From the NCBI RefSeq assembly GCF_009914755.1, contig NC_060935.1: 64,000 nucleotides of DNA; one strand, 5' to 3'. The stretch comes from the human T2T-CHM13v2.0 reference genome, Homo sapiens. Numbering within the stretch: the first letter of the stretch is position 1; the number at the start of each line of letters is the position of its first letter. Position numbers and translations under genes: made by a program. Below, piece after piece: positions 46,191 through 60,345 of this stretch. The notes below the pieces were generated by a model that ran no database searches, had not been told where the DNA came from, and worked only from the letters and a program-made list of their open reading frames with translations.

Positions 46191-48440
46191 AGCTATATAC
46201 TTAAGATTTGTACACTTCCGTGTACATTTCTTATAACTCAATAAACTTTTCCTAGAGAAAAAGAAAGGAAGGGAATGCTGAACATAGGATTCAGAATGTT
46301 AACTGCTTTGAGTTGAGGGAGCCAGAGGATGACTGAGACTTAGACTCCTTTAGACTTAGAGTGCTACCAGGGTCCTAGCTTTTGCTTAAAGTCGTGGTTT
46401 CATGATTCCTATTACATCATTAAAAATAAATACACAATTAGTCCACGCACAGACTAATGATGTCTCTGTCATGGGCCAAAGATTATAAGTCACCCAGTTC
46501 TGTGAACCTAGGGTCCAAAGGTTTGGTAAGGAGGGCTACTTGACTGGCGCAACGGTGATACGGCATCGGTGCCTTCCAGCTGTGGCAGATGGTGGAATGT
46601 GCCTTTTCTTTCTCTCCTGAAATGCCCTCTGGGTTTCTCAGAGTTTCCACTTCTGACAACTTACATCTGTATTTTGCTGCTCTGAGCAACCCTTCTCTAG
46701 GGGCCACTCGAGAGAACCACAGACCCTTGGTGTCTGGATTCTATATTCAAAATTTTCCTGCTGGAATGACTCCATTCTTCGAGGCAAAACCCTTTCTCAG
46801 ATTCTCCCCACCCCATGATCAACATCTGGCCCACAAGAACATTCACCTTTACCCCCATTCTGTGTAAATGTAGCTTCTCCCATTGTAACTACTATTTTCC
46901 CTCTGCCTCAGAGCATCTGACCAGCCTCTTGACATTCTATGTTTCCAAGCATAAATCAGATACCAGGCATAAATTAGGACATTCCTACATCTCCCAAATT
47001 ACAGATGATATGAGAAAACGTTCCGAGTGGTTATATATTTGAACCCTACCCCCAGCCCCATTTGGTTGACTGAAGGGGAGGAAACACTTAGCTCATCTAC
47101 AACTCTCTCACTCTAGAATTCCTACTTATCAACATTGAAACCTCCCTTTGCATACTCGGAGGGCACTTCAAACCTCAGCTTTACAAGTTTTACCTGTTCT
47201 TCATAGGCGCTATAACACAGGATGTTCTCAGCCTTGGGGGACCTGTCAAAATTCTAAGACAAAAGAAATTGTGAATTTGACATGCTTTTACCTATATTTG
47301 GATTGTGAGTTCATCTTCAGTATGGTCTTATTTATGAGAATTCGGTGCAAACTACTTTAAGCACTTGCCCCTCCATGGTACCCTCCCATTGCCATGGTAT
47401 TACTGGCTCAGGACAAATTTTTATGTTAATTTCTTAGCTGATGGCACAAATTCAAACCCCAAGTCAACAGGAAGCACAGGCTTGTCATTAAAAATTCTCA
47501 GGAAATTTTTCCACTCATGACAGGCAGTCTAGTCTCTCTTGTTGCCTCTCTGTACCTATGGACTATTTTCCTAATTCGTCCTTTTATTGACAGTATGGCC
47601 CTTCAAAGGTCTTGCTTTTATTCAAGTGTCTCAGGTCTAACTCATCCTCCCCCCTCATTTAGGCCAAACACTCATTGTCTAACCCCATATGAATACTAAA
47701 ACACAAATCCCTAGATTACAGAAACTGACAACCACCAGCTCCTCAACCCTAGCCCTAAGACAAGGAATATGCTTCTTGATCTGGATTTTTTTTCCTCTTC
47801 ATTTTTGGAATGAATTTCCCTTACCTTCTTCTAATCATGGCTCTGCCTGTAAAACAATGCCTGTCATCATTTCTTAAGAGCTGACAGGAAGCTAACTCAC
47901 TCCAACCAATGATTTCCATGCCCCATAACCAGCCAGTCTGTTAGTGCTCAGTGTCTCCTCTCCATAAGACATCTTTCCTCTCACCTGATCCTCTGCTGCA
48001 GAAAACCCAGAGCTCCCCAGTTCTGCTTACTTGCCAGGGGAAGTAAACACCAGTCTTCCCACACCCAAACCAGGCCTGAAGGTCCTTGTTAGAAATTAAA
48101 ATGCAAAAGAATCCCTCTCTCTCTCACCAAAATGGAGCAAGGCAGAACAAACCAGGTCATCAGTGTACACTTTCAGCTTCAATACAGTCCTGCCACTCTC
48201 TTTCCTACACTCCAAATCTTACCCCTCACTCAAGGCCAAACTTAGGTCTCAAAACATCTGTGGAGTCTTTCCCCAATACTGGAGCCCACACAAATGTCAC
48301 CTTTACCATAACCCTATGGTATTCTTTATGCTACCTGATTATGTCTTGCCTCATACCATCCACTGTTTTGTATGTTAAACATATAGAAATTTAGTAATTT
48401 GCTTAGGTTTTATAATACATTGCATTCCTAGTCACAATAT

Positions 48441-48810
48441 TGTTATGAATTGAATGTTTGCTCCTCCTTCCCAAAATTCATACATTGAGATCCTAATTCC
48501 TAATGTGATGGTATTAGTAGGTGGGGACTTTGGGAGGTGATTAGATCATGAGGTTGGATCCCTCATGAATGAAATTAGTGGCCTTATAAGGAAATATACC
48601 AAAGCTTTCTCTCTCTGCTCTTCTTTCTGCCCATGTGAGGACACAAACAGAAGATGGTCATCTGTAAACCAGGAATCAGGCTCTCACCAAAACCCAATCA
48701 TGCTGACACCTTGATCTTAGGTTTCCCAGGCTCCAGAACTGTGAAAACATAACTGTTTAAACCACTTGGTCTATGGTAATTTGTTACAGCAGCCCAAACT
48801 GACTAAGAAA
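48441..48810 (+). mobile_element. MLT1A0-like solo LTR
   Basis: 'tgttatgaattgaatgttt...aatgtgatggtattagtaggtggggactttgggaggtgattag...ttgttacagcagcccaaactgactaaga'. Confidence 0.9.
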
Positions 48811-49311
48811 AACACAACTGATTTTTAAAGCATTATTTAGAGCTTATGGATCTAACCAAATGTAGTCACTTGGAAGAAAAAATATGTATATATTTATATA
48901 TGTATTATGTTCATATATATGTATTTTAATAATGTTATCATTGCTGACATTTTTCTAAATCAGACACATTTCTTCATGATAAAATCTCAAACACCTTAAA
49001 TCTTCAGCAAAACTCTAAGGTCTTAGAGGGCAGGGACTGGGTTGGGTACTCCTTTATTCAAGTTCCACACTCCTACGAGGCACATGTTGAAGTAGAGATT
49101 AGGAGTGACATGCCTGGATGACGCATGATGAAGGGACTGGGAAACTGAGGTAGGCCATTGAGGGACACGGATCTGGCAGAGAGAAATGGCAGCAGGCAAG
49201 TTCTCATAAGGTGAGGCAGGTCTTGAGGAGGCAGAGATTGTTGCTAATGATTAAGCCTGTCTGTCTTCTGTATCAGGCATGTTCACCACAACATTGGAAA
49301 CTGTCAACTAG

Positions 49312-49629
<318 letters not shown>

Positions 49630-49794
49630 CTCTTTAGGGATCTCTCAAAAGACAAAAGCTCTCTGGGAAAATAAAGGGAAGGTATGTCTCGTTACTTGGT
49701 CTTAGTCTTGTCACTAATGAAGACAACTGGAAGCACTCTGACACTACGAGAAGACCAGGGAGCAGGTCCTCTGCTCAGACATATCAGTGCAGAA

Positions 49795-49900
49795 CACAAA
49801 CTTGAAGCCAGGCATTCATGAGTTTTGTTTCCTGCATCCCCAGCATTTCTACAGTGCTGGTACACAGTAGGCATTCACTGAGTGTTTGCTGAATGAACTA
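49795..49900 (+). mobile_element. L2 3' end
   Basis: 'ctgcatccccagcat...acagtgctggtacacagtaggcattca...tgtttgctgaatgaa'. Confidence 0.8.
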
Positions 49901-51629
49901 ATGTTAGCAAGTTGGTGTCTTTTGGAAACATGCTACCTTGTCTCTGGTTAACTCACCAGGGCTTGAATACTAACTGACTTGACTTGAAGGTGACGTGAAC
50001 TGTGTACATGCTGACTTCAGTGGAAAATTTCATTTCTTGGAAATGCTATGAACTGAAAAACCAGCTGCATGGTGAAAATACAGGAAAATGAATAGGCAGA
50101 ATTGAATATAAACCAGAGTAAGACCTGTACTTGAATGGATGGTTCTCTAATTTCTACTTAAAATAGTTTCTTGTTAAACCAAATTTTTGAATATTCAAAT
50201 AAATACTTAAATACACCTTTAAGTATTTAAATAGACGTAGTTACCAGAAATGTCTTATCTTCACCAAAGACTCAATGAAGACACAAAGCCACATGGCAAT
50301 AGGCAAAAGCCAGGAGCAGGATGTGCCTTTATGTCATCTGATAAGACTTGGGGCACTGAACCAAATAAGTTCCAGCCTTAATTCCTTTGTCTTAGCTCAT
50401 CACCAACTCTTTGGTAAATCTGAGAAGTCATCAATAATTTCCAAAAGAATTATGAAACTCTATTAATTTAGATAATTTATTATTTCAGTATTTTTTGAAG
50501 CCACGACCTTTGTTGTTATACATTTCATGCTGAACAACAGAACAAAACTTGTTCTTTCATAAACACCAAATTTTAGTAAAAGGCATAAAATGTGGTGGTT
50601 TATATAAGCATCAAGAGTACTTCCTGTAACAAATATTCCAAAAAAATATTAGTTTAATTTTAGATACATGTGCATAAAGTAAGGAAACACACTTTCAGCA
50701 GTACATGAAGGTAAACACCCTCAGAACTTATATTTGCATAGAATATAATCCCAATGGAATGCCATGTTTAAATAATAAAAATATTTCCTTATGAAGTATT
50801 TGATAATGCCTAAGCCAAAGAGAACATGACTCAGCGTGATGCAGCCAAAACAGAGACATTTTTAAAATACTTTTTAGAGGAGTTCCTTAGTGAATTTTAG
50901 TCCTAAATTCTGAATGTTTTGTGTGTACCCTACTCTGACAACAGGGGTTATCAAGTGCTCCTGGTTCTAGGTTCTGCTGTTGCAGACAGCCAGGCCTCCT
51001 AGAGGACTGGAACATAGAAAATTATTGGCTCAGATGAAGATACCACATTAGATTTTTGAGGACCCGAAAATAAGTAAGAGCAATAAGCCTAATCCCTCTC
51101 CCTGGGAGCTGCCATACTTCAAGGGAGGATCATCCACCTAAAACGGCATCCTCAGAGGGGTGTCAGGACCAATCCCATCAGCCTCACACTACACTTTCTC
51201 TGTACTACTCCCTATATACCTAATTCTGATCTATTCCCTTCCCTCACAAATCCTTCAAATGGGCCCTTGGACTTCCCAATCTGCAACTTACAAACTGTTC
51301 TGTGTAATCTACTTATTCTTGTGCCTTAAGTTAAAACCTGGCTCTCTCTTGTAGACACACTCTGATCCTCTTCCCTCTCAGCCCCCTGGAAGCAGCCCCA
51401 CATACTTTAGTAGGGGTCTTCTGGGTCTCCCATGACACTCCCATGCCACAAACAGCCTTCACATGTTCTTGATCTTGAGAGGTGCTTGCCATCTTCTCTC
51501 TCTACTCACTGCTGACAGCTAATCAAACCTGTAATCACTTCCCTCATTTTTTTGAAGAATTTGACCCTAGCCACAGAAACTTTCAGTGTTCCAACTCATT
51601 ATCATTCTCTGTGACTTCAGCAACCACAT

Positions 51630-52190
51630 GAGAGAAGCAAAAATATACGGCAAAACGCTCAATGTGACTAGTAATCAAGCAAATGCAAATTAAAACAAAA
51701 CCTCATCAGCTCCAATGATGATCAGATTTGCAAACTTGTTAAAATTATAAGCCTGATAATGTCAAGTTTATTGAAGATGTGGATGCACAACAATTCTCAC
51801 ACACTGATGGAACTGTACCTTGGTACAGCCACAGTAGAGAGCAATTTTGCAGTAAAAGCCAGGTTAAAGATAAACATAGCCAGAAATGTCGCTTCTAGAT
51901 ACCTGACCACATGTACAAAGAAACCAACATTGCAAAGGTGATTTCAGAATTGTATATTCATGCAAAACAACCCAAATGTCCATCAACAGGTAAATGGAGA
52001 ATTAATTGTGACTTATTCATACACTAAAATAGTAGATACAATTTAAATACAATTAAAAACAATAAAAACATGAAGTTGGATAATGGTTATCTCTGGAGTA
52101 AATAAGGGGGTAGTGGGGCTTGGAACAGGTACAAATGGGGCTTCCTCTGTATCTATGTAATATTACATCTTATTTACTACATTAAAAAAG
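51630..52190 (+). mobile_element. L1ME-type 3' fragment
   Basis: 'aaatgcaaattaaaacaa', 'aaaacaacccaaatgtccatcaacagg', 'atggttatctctgg'. Confidence 0.7.
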
Positions 52191-53810
52191 AGAGAAAGAA
52201 ACAGGAAACAAAGAAGGCAAAAGAACTGAACCTGAGTAACAGGTAAATGTTTTTTAAAAAAGAAAAAAATGTTCAGCCAATTCTCCTTGGTAACAAGGTT
52301 GGAAACCTCGGATAATGTAAGAATTTCAAATATGTCCTAGAAATAAAAATGTCATATACATAGGAAAAAGAAATTTGGCAGTTATTCAATTAATTTTATT
52401 GGTATTAGACATCTAAAATTAAAATCTGCATTAAAATCATTCATGTGAAGAATAAATTATTCTTAAATCTTTAATATTGATCACAATTACCAAATAATAG
52501 TCAAATATCCACTACAATTACACTTTGTACTATAGGGAAATAATCTTATGCAAGTAAAAATTCCTAAAATATTCAGCAAAAAAAGTAATTTGTTTCTACA
52601 CCTGGCCTTACTTAAGGAGAGTAATGCTTTATTTATTCAATGTCATTGTGAAATGATGTGTTACAAATAATTTTACACCTTTAAGTGCCAAAACATCTTT
52701 TTTTTAAATAATTATAGCCACTTGGATTGGAATCATCTTTGGAAAGCTATTACACACTTGGATATTTTTCTATCTTTTTTAAGCAATAGATAGAATATGA
52801 TTAAAGTTTTTGTGTTGACCTTAGGTCAATATCAATTAGGCTGCTAATGTCATTTGTATCATCATTCCAAAGAACCCTTACCTTTGTCTCCAGGAAATAT
52901 ATGTAGTAGTAGTTCCCTTCATACTCTCGGCTGCTAAACAATAGATGTTTCTTGGGAAAATTGCACTCTTTCATATCCAAGCTATTACTTCATTCAATTT
53001 CACTGAGCTTGAGTAACATCTATTCACAAATACATATTTGCCAATATCCCTGTATTTCCATGATGTTTCAGATTGATCTAGCCCATACTTCATAATTACC
53101 TTCACCAAAATCAATAGCTATAATCTGTACATAAGGACTGTTTGTCCCAGCAGTAAATGACTTTAGAGTTGCAGGTGTTTAATTGTTGTGTCTTTTTAAG
53201 TCCATGTCCTTCTTTAGTCTCATGCTGTCAGTTTGCAGCAACAGCTTTTCTATTTCTCCTGTCTAGTTTGCTGTTTCCAATCCATCCTGGACTAGGAAAT
53301 CTATTTTAAAGTAATAATACATACACTGTGACTGACAGGCCCAAGTCTTTCCTATGACAGAAGTGTGTAAACTTGGGTACAATAACCATTTCCTAAGCTC
53401 TGCATGTATGTCTATTTCTTGCTCCTCTGAAATGTCACAGAGTAATCCAATTGCTAGAGGCTCCCTCTAAGTAAGCCATTGCTGAGATTGGCACCACTGT
53501 CTGCAACTCAGAGGTGAATCAATTCTAGTGGCTCATCTGTACCATTATAGAATTTGCCCTTCTTTTGATTCCTCTTCTAGATGGATAAGATGGCATTAGA
53601 CACCACTGATTTTTTATTCTTGAAAATTTTTAGGTCAAATTCTAGCACTTGGGAAATTTTATTAAAAGACTCCTTACAGACTGATAGCAAAAGCACTCAT
53701 TGTAATTACCACTCCATGCTGGATTTTATGAGTGGCCTACCAGCATTTATTTAATTCCACTTATTTCCAAACCAGCAAAAAGTTTAAAAAAGATTGTTAT
53801 GCTCTGTAAG

Positions 53811-54010
53811 CCAGTTGTCAGCAAAGAACAGCCTGCAGGCCAAATGCTGGCAGTTTGTGCGAATACAAGTTTTTTTCAAAGCTCATTTCAATAGTTTACA
53901 TATTATCTAACATTGCTTTTATCCTACAATATTAGGGTTGAGTGGTTGAGACAAAGATTGTATGGCTCATGAAGACTAAAATACTTATAGAAAAAGTTAG
54001 CTGCCCCTAT
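53811..54010. mobile_element. MER58-type hAT MITE
   Basis: 'cagttgtcagcaaa..acagcctgcaggccaaat...ttatagaaaaagttagctgcccct'. Confidence 0.75.
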
Positions 54011-55089
54011 CTAAGTTAACTAGTCACTTCACCTAAACAGGTTTACCTCCACAACGAGGCAAATTCCAACAATATCTTTCTTTTTCTAAATGGAAAAGAT
54101 ATGAAATAATCAACAGTCTACCAGGCGAATGCTTATTAATGAGCCACTTCAATGTTGTTGGTAAATTCTTAATGTCTGACATTTTTCCCACAGGACAAAA
54201 CAAGTTATAAGCAACAGTGGAGTTTACACAAGTACCTCACAAGAATTCCAATGATGACATCCTCTAACTGCAACAAAAGTGCATTGGAGGATGCACATCA
54301 TAATTTTATCTGAGACATAAAATTAGATAAGAGATAGAAAACTCCTTAAGTAATAATTGTGTTATACAACACAAAGCATAACTGATGTAGTGTCAGACAC
54401 ACAGTCTGTAGGAAATTCTACAAACACTGAGAAATGGCTGGTAATTAACAGACTGTAACATCATTAAGGCAACCTACAGTTTATAATATTTTTAAAATAA
54501 GACATAAACAATATTTGGAACTACTTACATTTTATCTGGGTTATATCACTATAATACTAAGAAGAGGAAATATAATTCCTTTCTAAATTTGCTACAAGAA
54601 AATAGAACTAACCCCTATGATTTAACTGTTATGTTTTATGATGCATATCAAGGGCTTTCTTGAAAGATGTAATTATAATGTTTGAAGGAACATGATTTGA
54701 CTCATGTTAACCCAAATCCATGAAATAACTGTTTAAATGTTATATGAGTTCCAACATATTTATATATGTAGCACATATGTTTAACAAGCCCATTGGGTGG
54801 GATTTCATTAAAATTCAACTTTATTTTTGCCTCCCAATGCCCTTTAAAACTATTCAATGAATTAAGTTTTGCCCCTGCACCAGATGAAAACTTAGCAGGT
54901 CTCATAAGTTTTGTATTCATTTTAAGGTAATAGAATTGCCACAGTCACTTAAGAACAAAATTCAGTCTCATTTCAAAAACAGGCCAAAATATTAATCAAC
55001 ATTTCAATCTTCACTCCACTAATAATTCCTTACACTCATGTGGTCCTTACTAAGGGAAGGTACTATATTGGGTATCTAACCTTAAAAAC

Positions 55090-56135
55090 AACCTTAAAAG
55101 CTACAGTAATCAAGACAGCATGCTATTGGTGAAAGAATAGAAACATGGATCGCAGCAGATTATATCAGAATAGAGGACCCCAAAATAGACTTACGCAAAC
55201 ACAGACAACTGATCTTTGAAATAGAAATAAAGGCTATTCAATGAAAAAAGGATAGTCTTTTCAACAAACGGTGCTGGAACAATTAGATGCCCATATCCAA
55301 AAAAGTCGACCTAGGCTCGGACCTTATACCTTTTACAAAAATTAACTCAAAAGGGATCGCAAACATAAATGTAAAATATAAAACTATTGAACTTTTAGAA
55401 GAAAGCATAGGAGAAAATCTAGGTGACCTTGGGTTTGGCAATGAGTTTTTAGATTCATCAAAAGCAAAATCCATGAAAGAAAAAAATAGATCATGAGTTG
55501 TACTTTCTTAAGATTCATAATTTCTACTTTGCAAAAGACACTGTTAGAGAATGAAAAGACAGCCAAAGACTAGACAAATCTTTGCAAAATACATCCTAAT
55601 AAAGAACTTACACACAAAGAGCTCTTAAAATTCATCAATAAGAAAACAACCTACTTAAATAATGGGCCAAAGATCTAAACATATAACTCACTGAAGAAGA
55701 TATACAAACAGCAAATAGAACACAAAAAGATGCTCAACATCATTTGTCATTAGAGAATTTCAAATATCACTACATACCTATCAGAATGGCTAAATTTTTT
55801 TAAAAAATCACAATACCAGTTGTTAGTGAGAAGGGGGAACAGTGAGAACTCTCATTCATTGTTGTTGGGAATGCAAAATGGTACAGCCACAATAAAAGAG
55901 AATTTGACAGTTTTTTACAAGCCAAATATAGTTTTATGCACTCCTAAGTATTTACCCAATTGAGTTGAAACTATATCCACACAAAAACCTAAACACAAAT
56001 GTTTATAGCAGCTTTATTTATAATTGCCAAAAATTGGAAGCAATCAAGATCTCCTTCAATAGGTGAATGAAAAAACAACCATGAAGCATTCATACAATGG
56101 AATAGTATTCAGTGACAACAAGAACTGAGCTATCA
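55090..56135 (+). mobile_element. L1MC-type LINE, ORF2 3' part
   Basis: ORF 55287..55496 'LIPFTKINSKGIANINVKYKTIELLEESIGENLGDLG' is the L1 ORF2p C-terminal region. Confidence 0.88.
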
Positions 56136-56342
56136 GAATCTCGACTTGTGGAGGTGGAGCAAGGTGGCGGCAGAGAAAGCTCCACAGATCACCAGCCCCC
56201 ACCCCTAGGAAACCAAATTATCAACTATCCGCACAGAAGAAAACACCTTCATAAGAACCGAAAAGCAGGGAGCACTCATAGTACCTGGTTTTAACTTCAT
56301 AGCGCTGAAAGAGGGACTGTAGAGACAGAAAAAACAACACTG

Positions 56343-56650
56343 AGCCTGGCTCGGTGGCTCACACCTGTAATCACAGCACTATGGGAGGCCAAGGTGGCGG
56401 ATCATTTAAGCTCAGGAGTTCAACATCCTGGGCAACATGGCAAAATCCCCATCTCTACTAAAAATAAAAATTAAAAAATAGCCCCAGGTGGTAATGTGTG
56501 CCTGTGGTCCCAGCTACTCAGGAGGCTGAGGAGGGAGGATCACTTGAGTCTAGGGGGCGGAGGTTATAGTGAGCCAGGACTGCACCACTGCACTCCAGCC
56601 TGGGTGTCAGAGTAAGAACCTGTCTCAAAAAGAAAAAAGAAAAGAAAAAA
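56343..56650 (+). mobile_element. AluJ inside the L1 5' UTR
   Basis: 'gaggatcacttgagtc', 'gggcaacatggcaaaa'. TSD approximately AAAAACAA..CTGA. Confidence 0.92.
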
Positions 56651-57977
56651 CAATCCTGAATCTCTGACACTACTATGTAGCAGCAGTGGCAGCCATGTGG
56701 TGCCAAGAGTATCTCTTGGCACTGGGGGAGGGAGAGCACAGCAATTGTGGGGCATTGGACTCAGTGCTATCCTTTTAGAGCAGAAAGGAAACCCAGACCA
56801 AATTCAGCTGATGCCCACCCACAGAGGGAGCATTTACACCAGCCCTAGCCAGAGGGGAATTACCAATTCCAGTGGTCCAAACTTGAGTGCCCACAAACTT
56901 TGCCACCAAAGGCCAAAGTGCTCTCAGTCTCTCAGTAAACTTGAACAGAAGTTTAGGACATAAGGACTGCAATTCTTAGAGTCCTAGGGCTAAAGTAGGC
57001 CCAGAGACAGTGGACGGGGTGGGGGCATACAACGTACTGAGATACCAGCTGGGGCAGCCAAGAGAGCTATCTCCCCTAACCCTGGCATCACCCCTCCCCT
57101 AACGCAGGCTATAGAGCTCATGGCTTCAAAAGAGACCTCTCTCTATAGCTTGAAGAGAGGAGAGGGAAGACTGGGGAGACTTTGTCTTGCATCTTGGATA
57201 CCAGCTCAGCCACAGCAGGGTAAGGCACCAGTCAAGTGAGGCACCCCCTTTCAGGCCCTAGCTCCCACACCATACCCTGGGCCAGAAAGGAACCCGCTGA
57301 CTTGAAGGAAAAAATCCAGACCTGCCAGCATTCATCACCTGCTAACGAAACAGACTTTGGGCCCTGAATAACCAGCCATGATAGCCAGGTACTATATTAA
57401 GGGCCTTGGTGAGCCTCTGAGACTTGCTGGCTTCAGATACCAGCACCATCACATGGCGGTAGAGCACCAAGTGGGCTCCTGGGGTCTACAATTTCAGGAT
57501 TTGACTCTTGGATGGCATTTCTGGACCTGCCTGGGCCAGATGGGAGTCCACTGCCGTAAATGGTAAGCCCCAGGTCAGGCAGCATTCACTACAAGCTGAC
57601 TCAAGAGAACTTGAGCCTTAAGGAAACATCCATGGTAGTCTGGCAGTATTCCTTGTGGCTAGGGGTTGTGATGGCTATGGGGTGAGTCTCCTCTGTCTTT
57701 GGAAAGGAGAGGGAAGGGGGAAGGACTGCTTCTTGTGGTTTGGGTGCCAGCTCATCCACAATACAATGGAATAACAGGTAGACGTCTAAGGTTCTTGACT
57801 CTAGTCCCTTACTCCCAGATGGCACTTCTGGACCCACCTGGGGCCTGGGGGACATTGCCACCCTGAAGGGAAGGACATAGGCCTCGTTAGCTTTGCCATT
57901 TGCTGATGGTAGAGTCCCAGGGCCTTGAGCAAACATAGGCCGTAGCAGGGAGTGGTTATAGCAGTCCTTGGGCAAGA

Positions 57978-58033
57978 CCCAGCACTGTGCTGGCTTCAGG
58001 TCCCAGCACTGTGCTGGCTTCAGGTCCCAGCAC
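57978..58033. repeat. Perfect 24-bp tandem duplication
   Basis: CCCAGCACTGTGCTGGCTTCAGGT x2 + CCCAGCAC. Confidence 0.97.
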
Positions 58034-58884
58034 AGTAATGGTGGGGATGGCCACAGTGGTGCTTGTGTCACTCCACCCCCAGCTTTAGGTGGCTCAGAAC
58101 AGAGATACTCTATGTTTGGGAGAAAGTAAGGGGAGAGAACAAGAGTATCTGCCTGGTAATCTAGAGAATTCTCCTGGATCTTGTCCAAAACCATCAAGGT
58201 GGTACCTCTACGACTTTGCAAGAACCACAGTGCTACTGGGCTTGGGGTGTCTCCTAAAGCAGAAACAACTTAGATCACAACACTCAAGTTCTTTCAAATA
58301 TCTGGAAAGCCTTCCCAAGAAGGGCAACTACAAATAAGCCCAGACAGTGAAGACTACAATAAATACCTAACTGTTCAATGCCCAGACACCAAAGAACATC
58401 TGCTAGCATCAACACCATCCAGGAAAACATGACCTCAGCAAATGAACTAAACAAGGCACCAGGGACAAATCCTGGAGAACCAGAGATATGTGGCTTTTCA
58501 GACAGAGAATTCAAAATAGCAGTGTTGAGGAAACTCAAAGAAATTCAAGATAAAACAGAGAAGTAATTCAGAATTCTATCAGATAAATGTACAAAGAGAC
58601 TGAAACAATTTAAAAGATTCAAGCAGACATTCTGGAGCTGAAACTGGCATACCAAAGAATGCATCAGATTCCCTTAATAGCAGAATAGATCAAGCAGAAG
58701 AAAGAATTAGTGAGCGTGAAGACAGGCTATTTGAAAATACAGTCAGAGAAGACGAAAGAAAAAAGAATAAAAAACAATAAAGCATGCCTACAGGATATAG
58801 AAAATAGCCTCAAAAGGGCAAATCTAAGGGTTATTGACCTTGAAGAGAATGTAGAGAAAGACATAGGGGTATAAAGTTAATTCA

Positions 58885-59197
<313 letters not shown>

Positions 59198-60345
59198 TCA
59201 GGAAATTTCCCAAACCTAGAGAAAGATATTAATGTCCAAGTACAAGAAGGTTATAGAACACCAAGCAGATTTAACCCAAAGAAGACTACCTCAAGGCATT
59301 TAATAATCAAATCCTCAAAGGTCAAGGATAAAGAAATGATCCAAAAAGCAGCAAGAGAAAAGAAACAAATAACATACAAGGGAGCTCCAAAATGTCTGGC
59401 AGCAGACTTTTTAGTAAAAATGTCACAGGCCAGAAGAGAGTGGCATGATATATGTAAAGTGCTGAAGGAAAAAAACTTTTACCCTAGAGTAGTATATTCA
59501 GTGAAAATATCCTTGAAACATGAAGGAGAAATAAAGACTTTCCCAGACAAAAACAGGGCCATCCTACAAGAAATGTTAAAGGGAGTACTTAAGTCAGAAA
59601 GAAAAAGACATTAATGGGCAATAAATAATCACGTGAAAGTGCAAAACTCACCGTTAATAGTAAATACACAGAGAAACACAGAATATTATAACACTGTAAC
59701 TGTGGTGTGTAAACTACTGTTACCCTAAGTAGAAAGGCTAAATGATGAACCAGTCAAAAATAATAGCTACAACAACTTTTCAAAACATAGTCAGTACAAT
59801 AAGATATAAATAGAAACAACAAAAAGTTAAAAAGCATGGAGACTAAGTTGAGTTTTTTATTACTTTTCTTTTTGCTTGTTTATGCAAATAGTGTTAATTT
59901 GTTATCGGGTTAAAACAATGGGTTATAAGATAGTATTTGCAAGCCTCATGGTAACCTTAAACCAAAAAACATAAAATGGATACACAAAAAGCAAAAAGAA
60001 ACTAAATCATTACAAAAGAGAAAATAATCTTTACTAGAGAAAGACAAGAATAAAAGAAAGAAGGAAGAGAAGACCACAAAACAACCAGAAGATGGCAGGA
60101 GCAAGTTCTTACTTATCAATAATAACATGGAATGTAAATGGACTAAACTCTCCAATCAAAAGAGATAGACTGGCTGAATGAATGAAAAAACAAGACCCAC
60201 TGACCTATTGCCTACAAGAAACACACTTCATCTATAAAGACACTCAGACTGAAAATAAAGGGATAAGAAAAGATATCCCACGCCAATGGAAACCAAAAAA
60301 GAGCAAGAGTCATATCAGACAAAATAGATATCAAGACAAAAACTC

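Noticed and set aside
57601-58221. Longest ORF in the window (206 aa, minus strand)
   Set aside because: It is antisense to an L1 5' UTR, and its repeated peptide comes from the 24-bp duplication.
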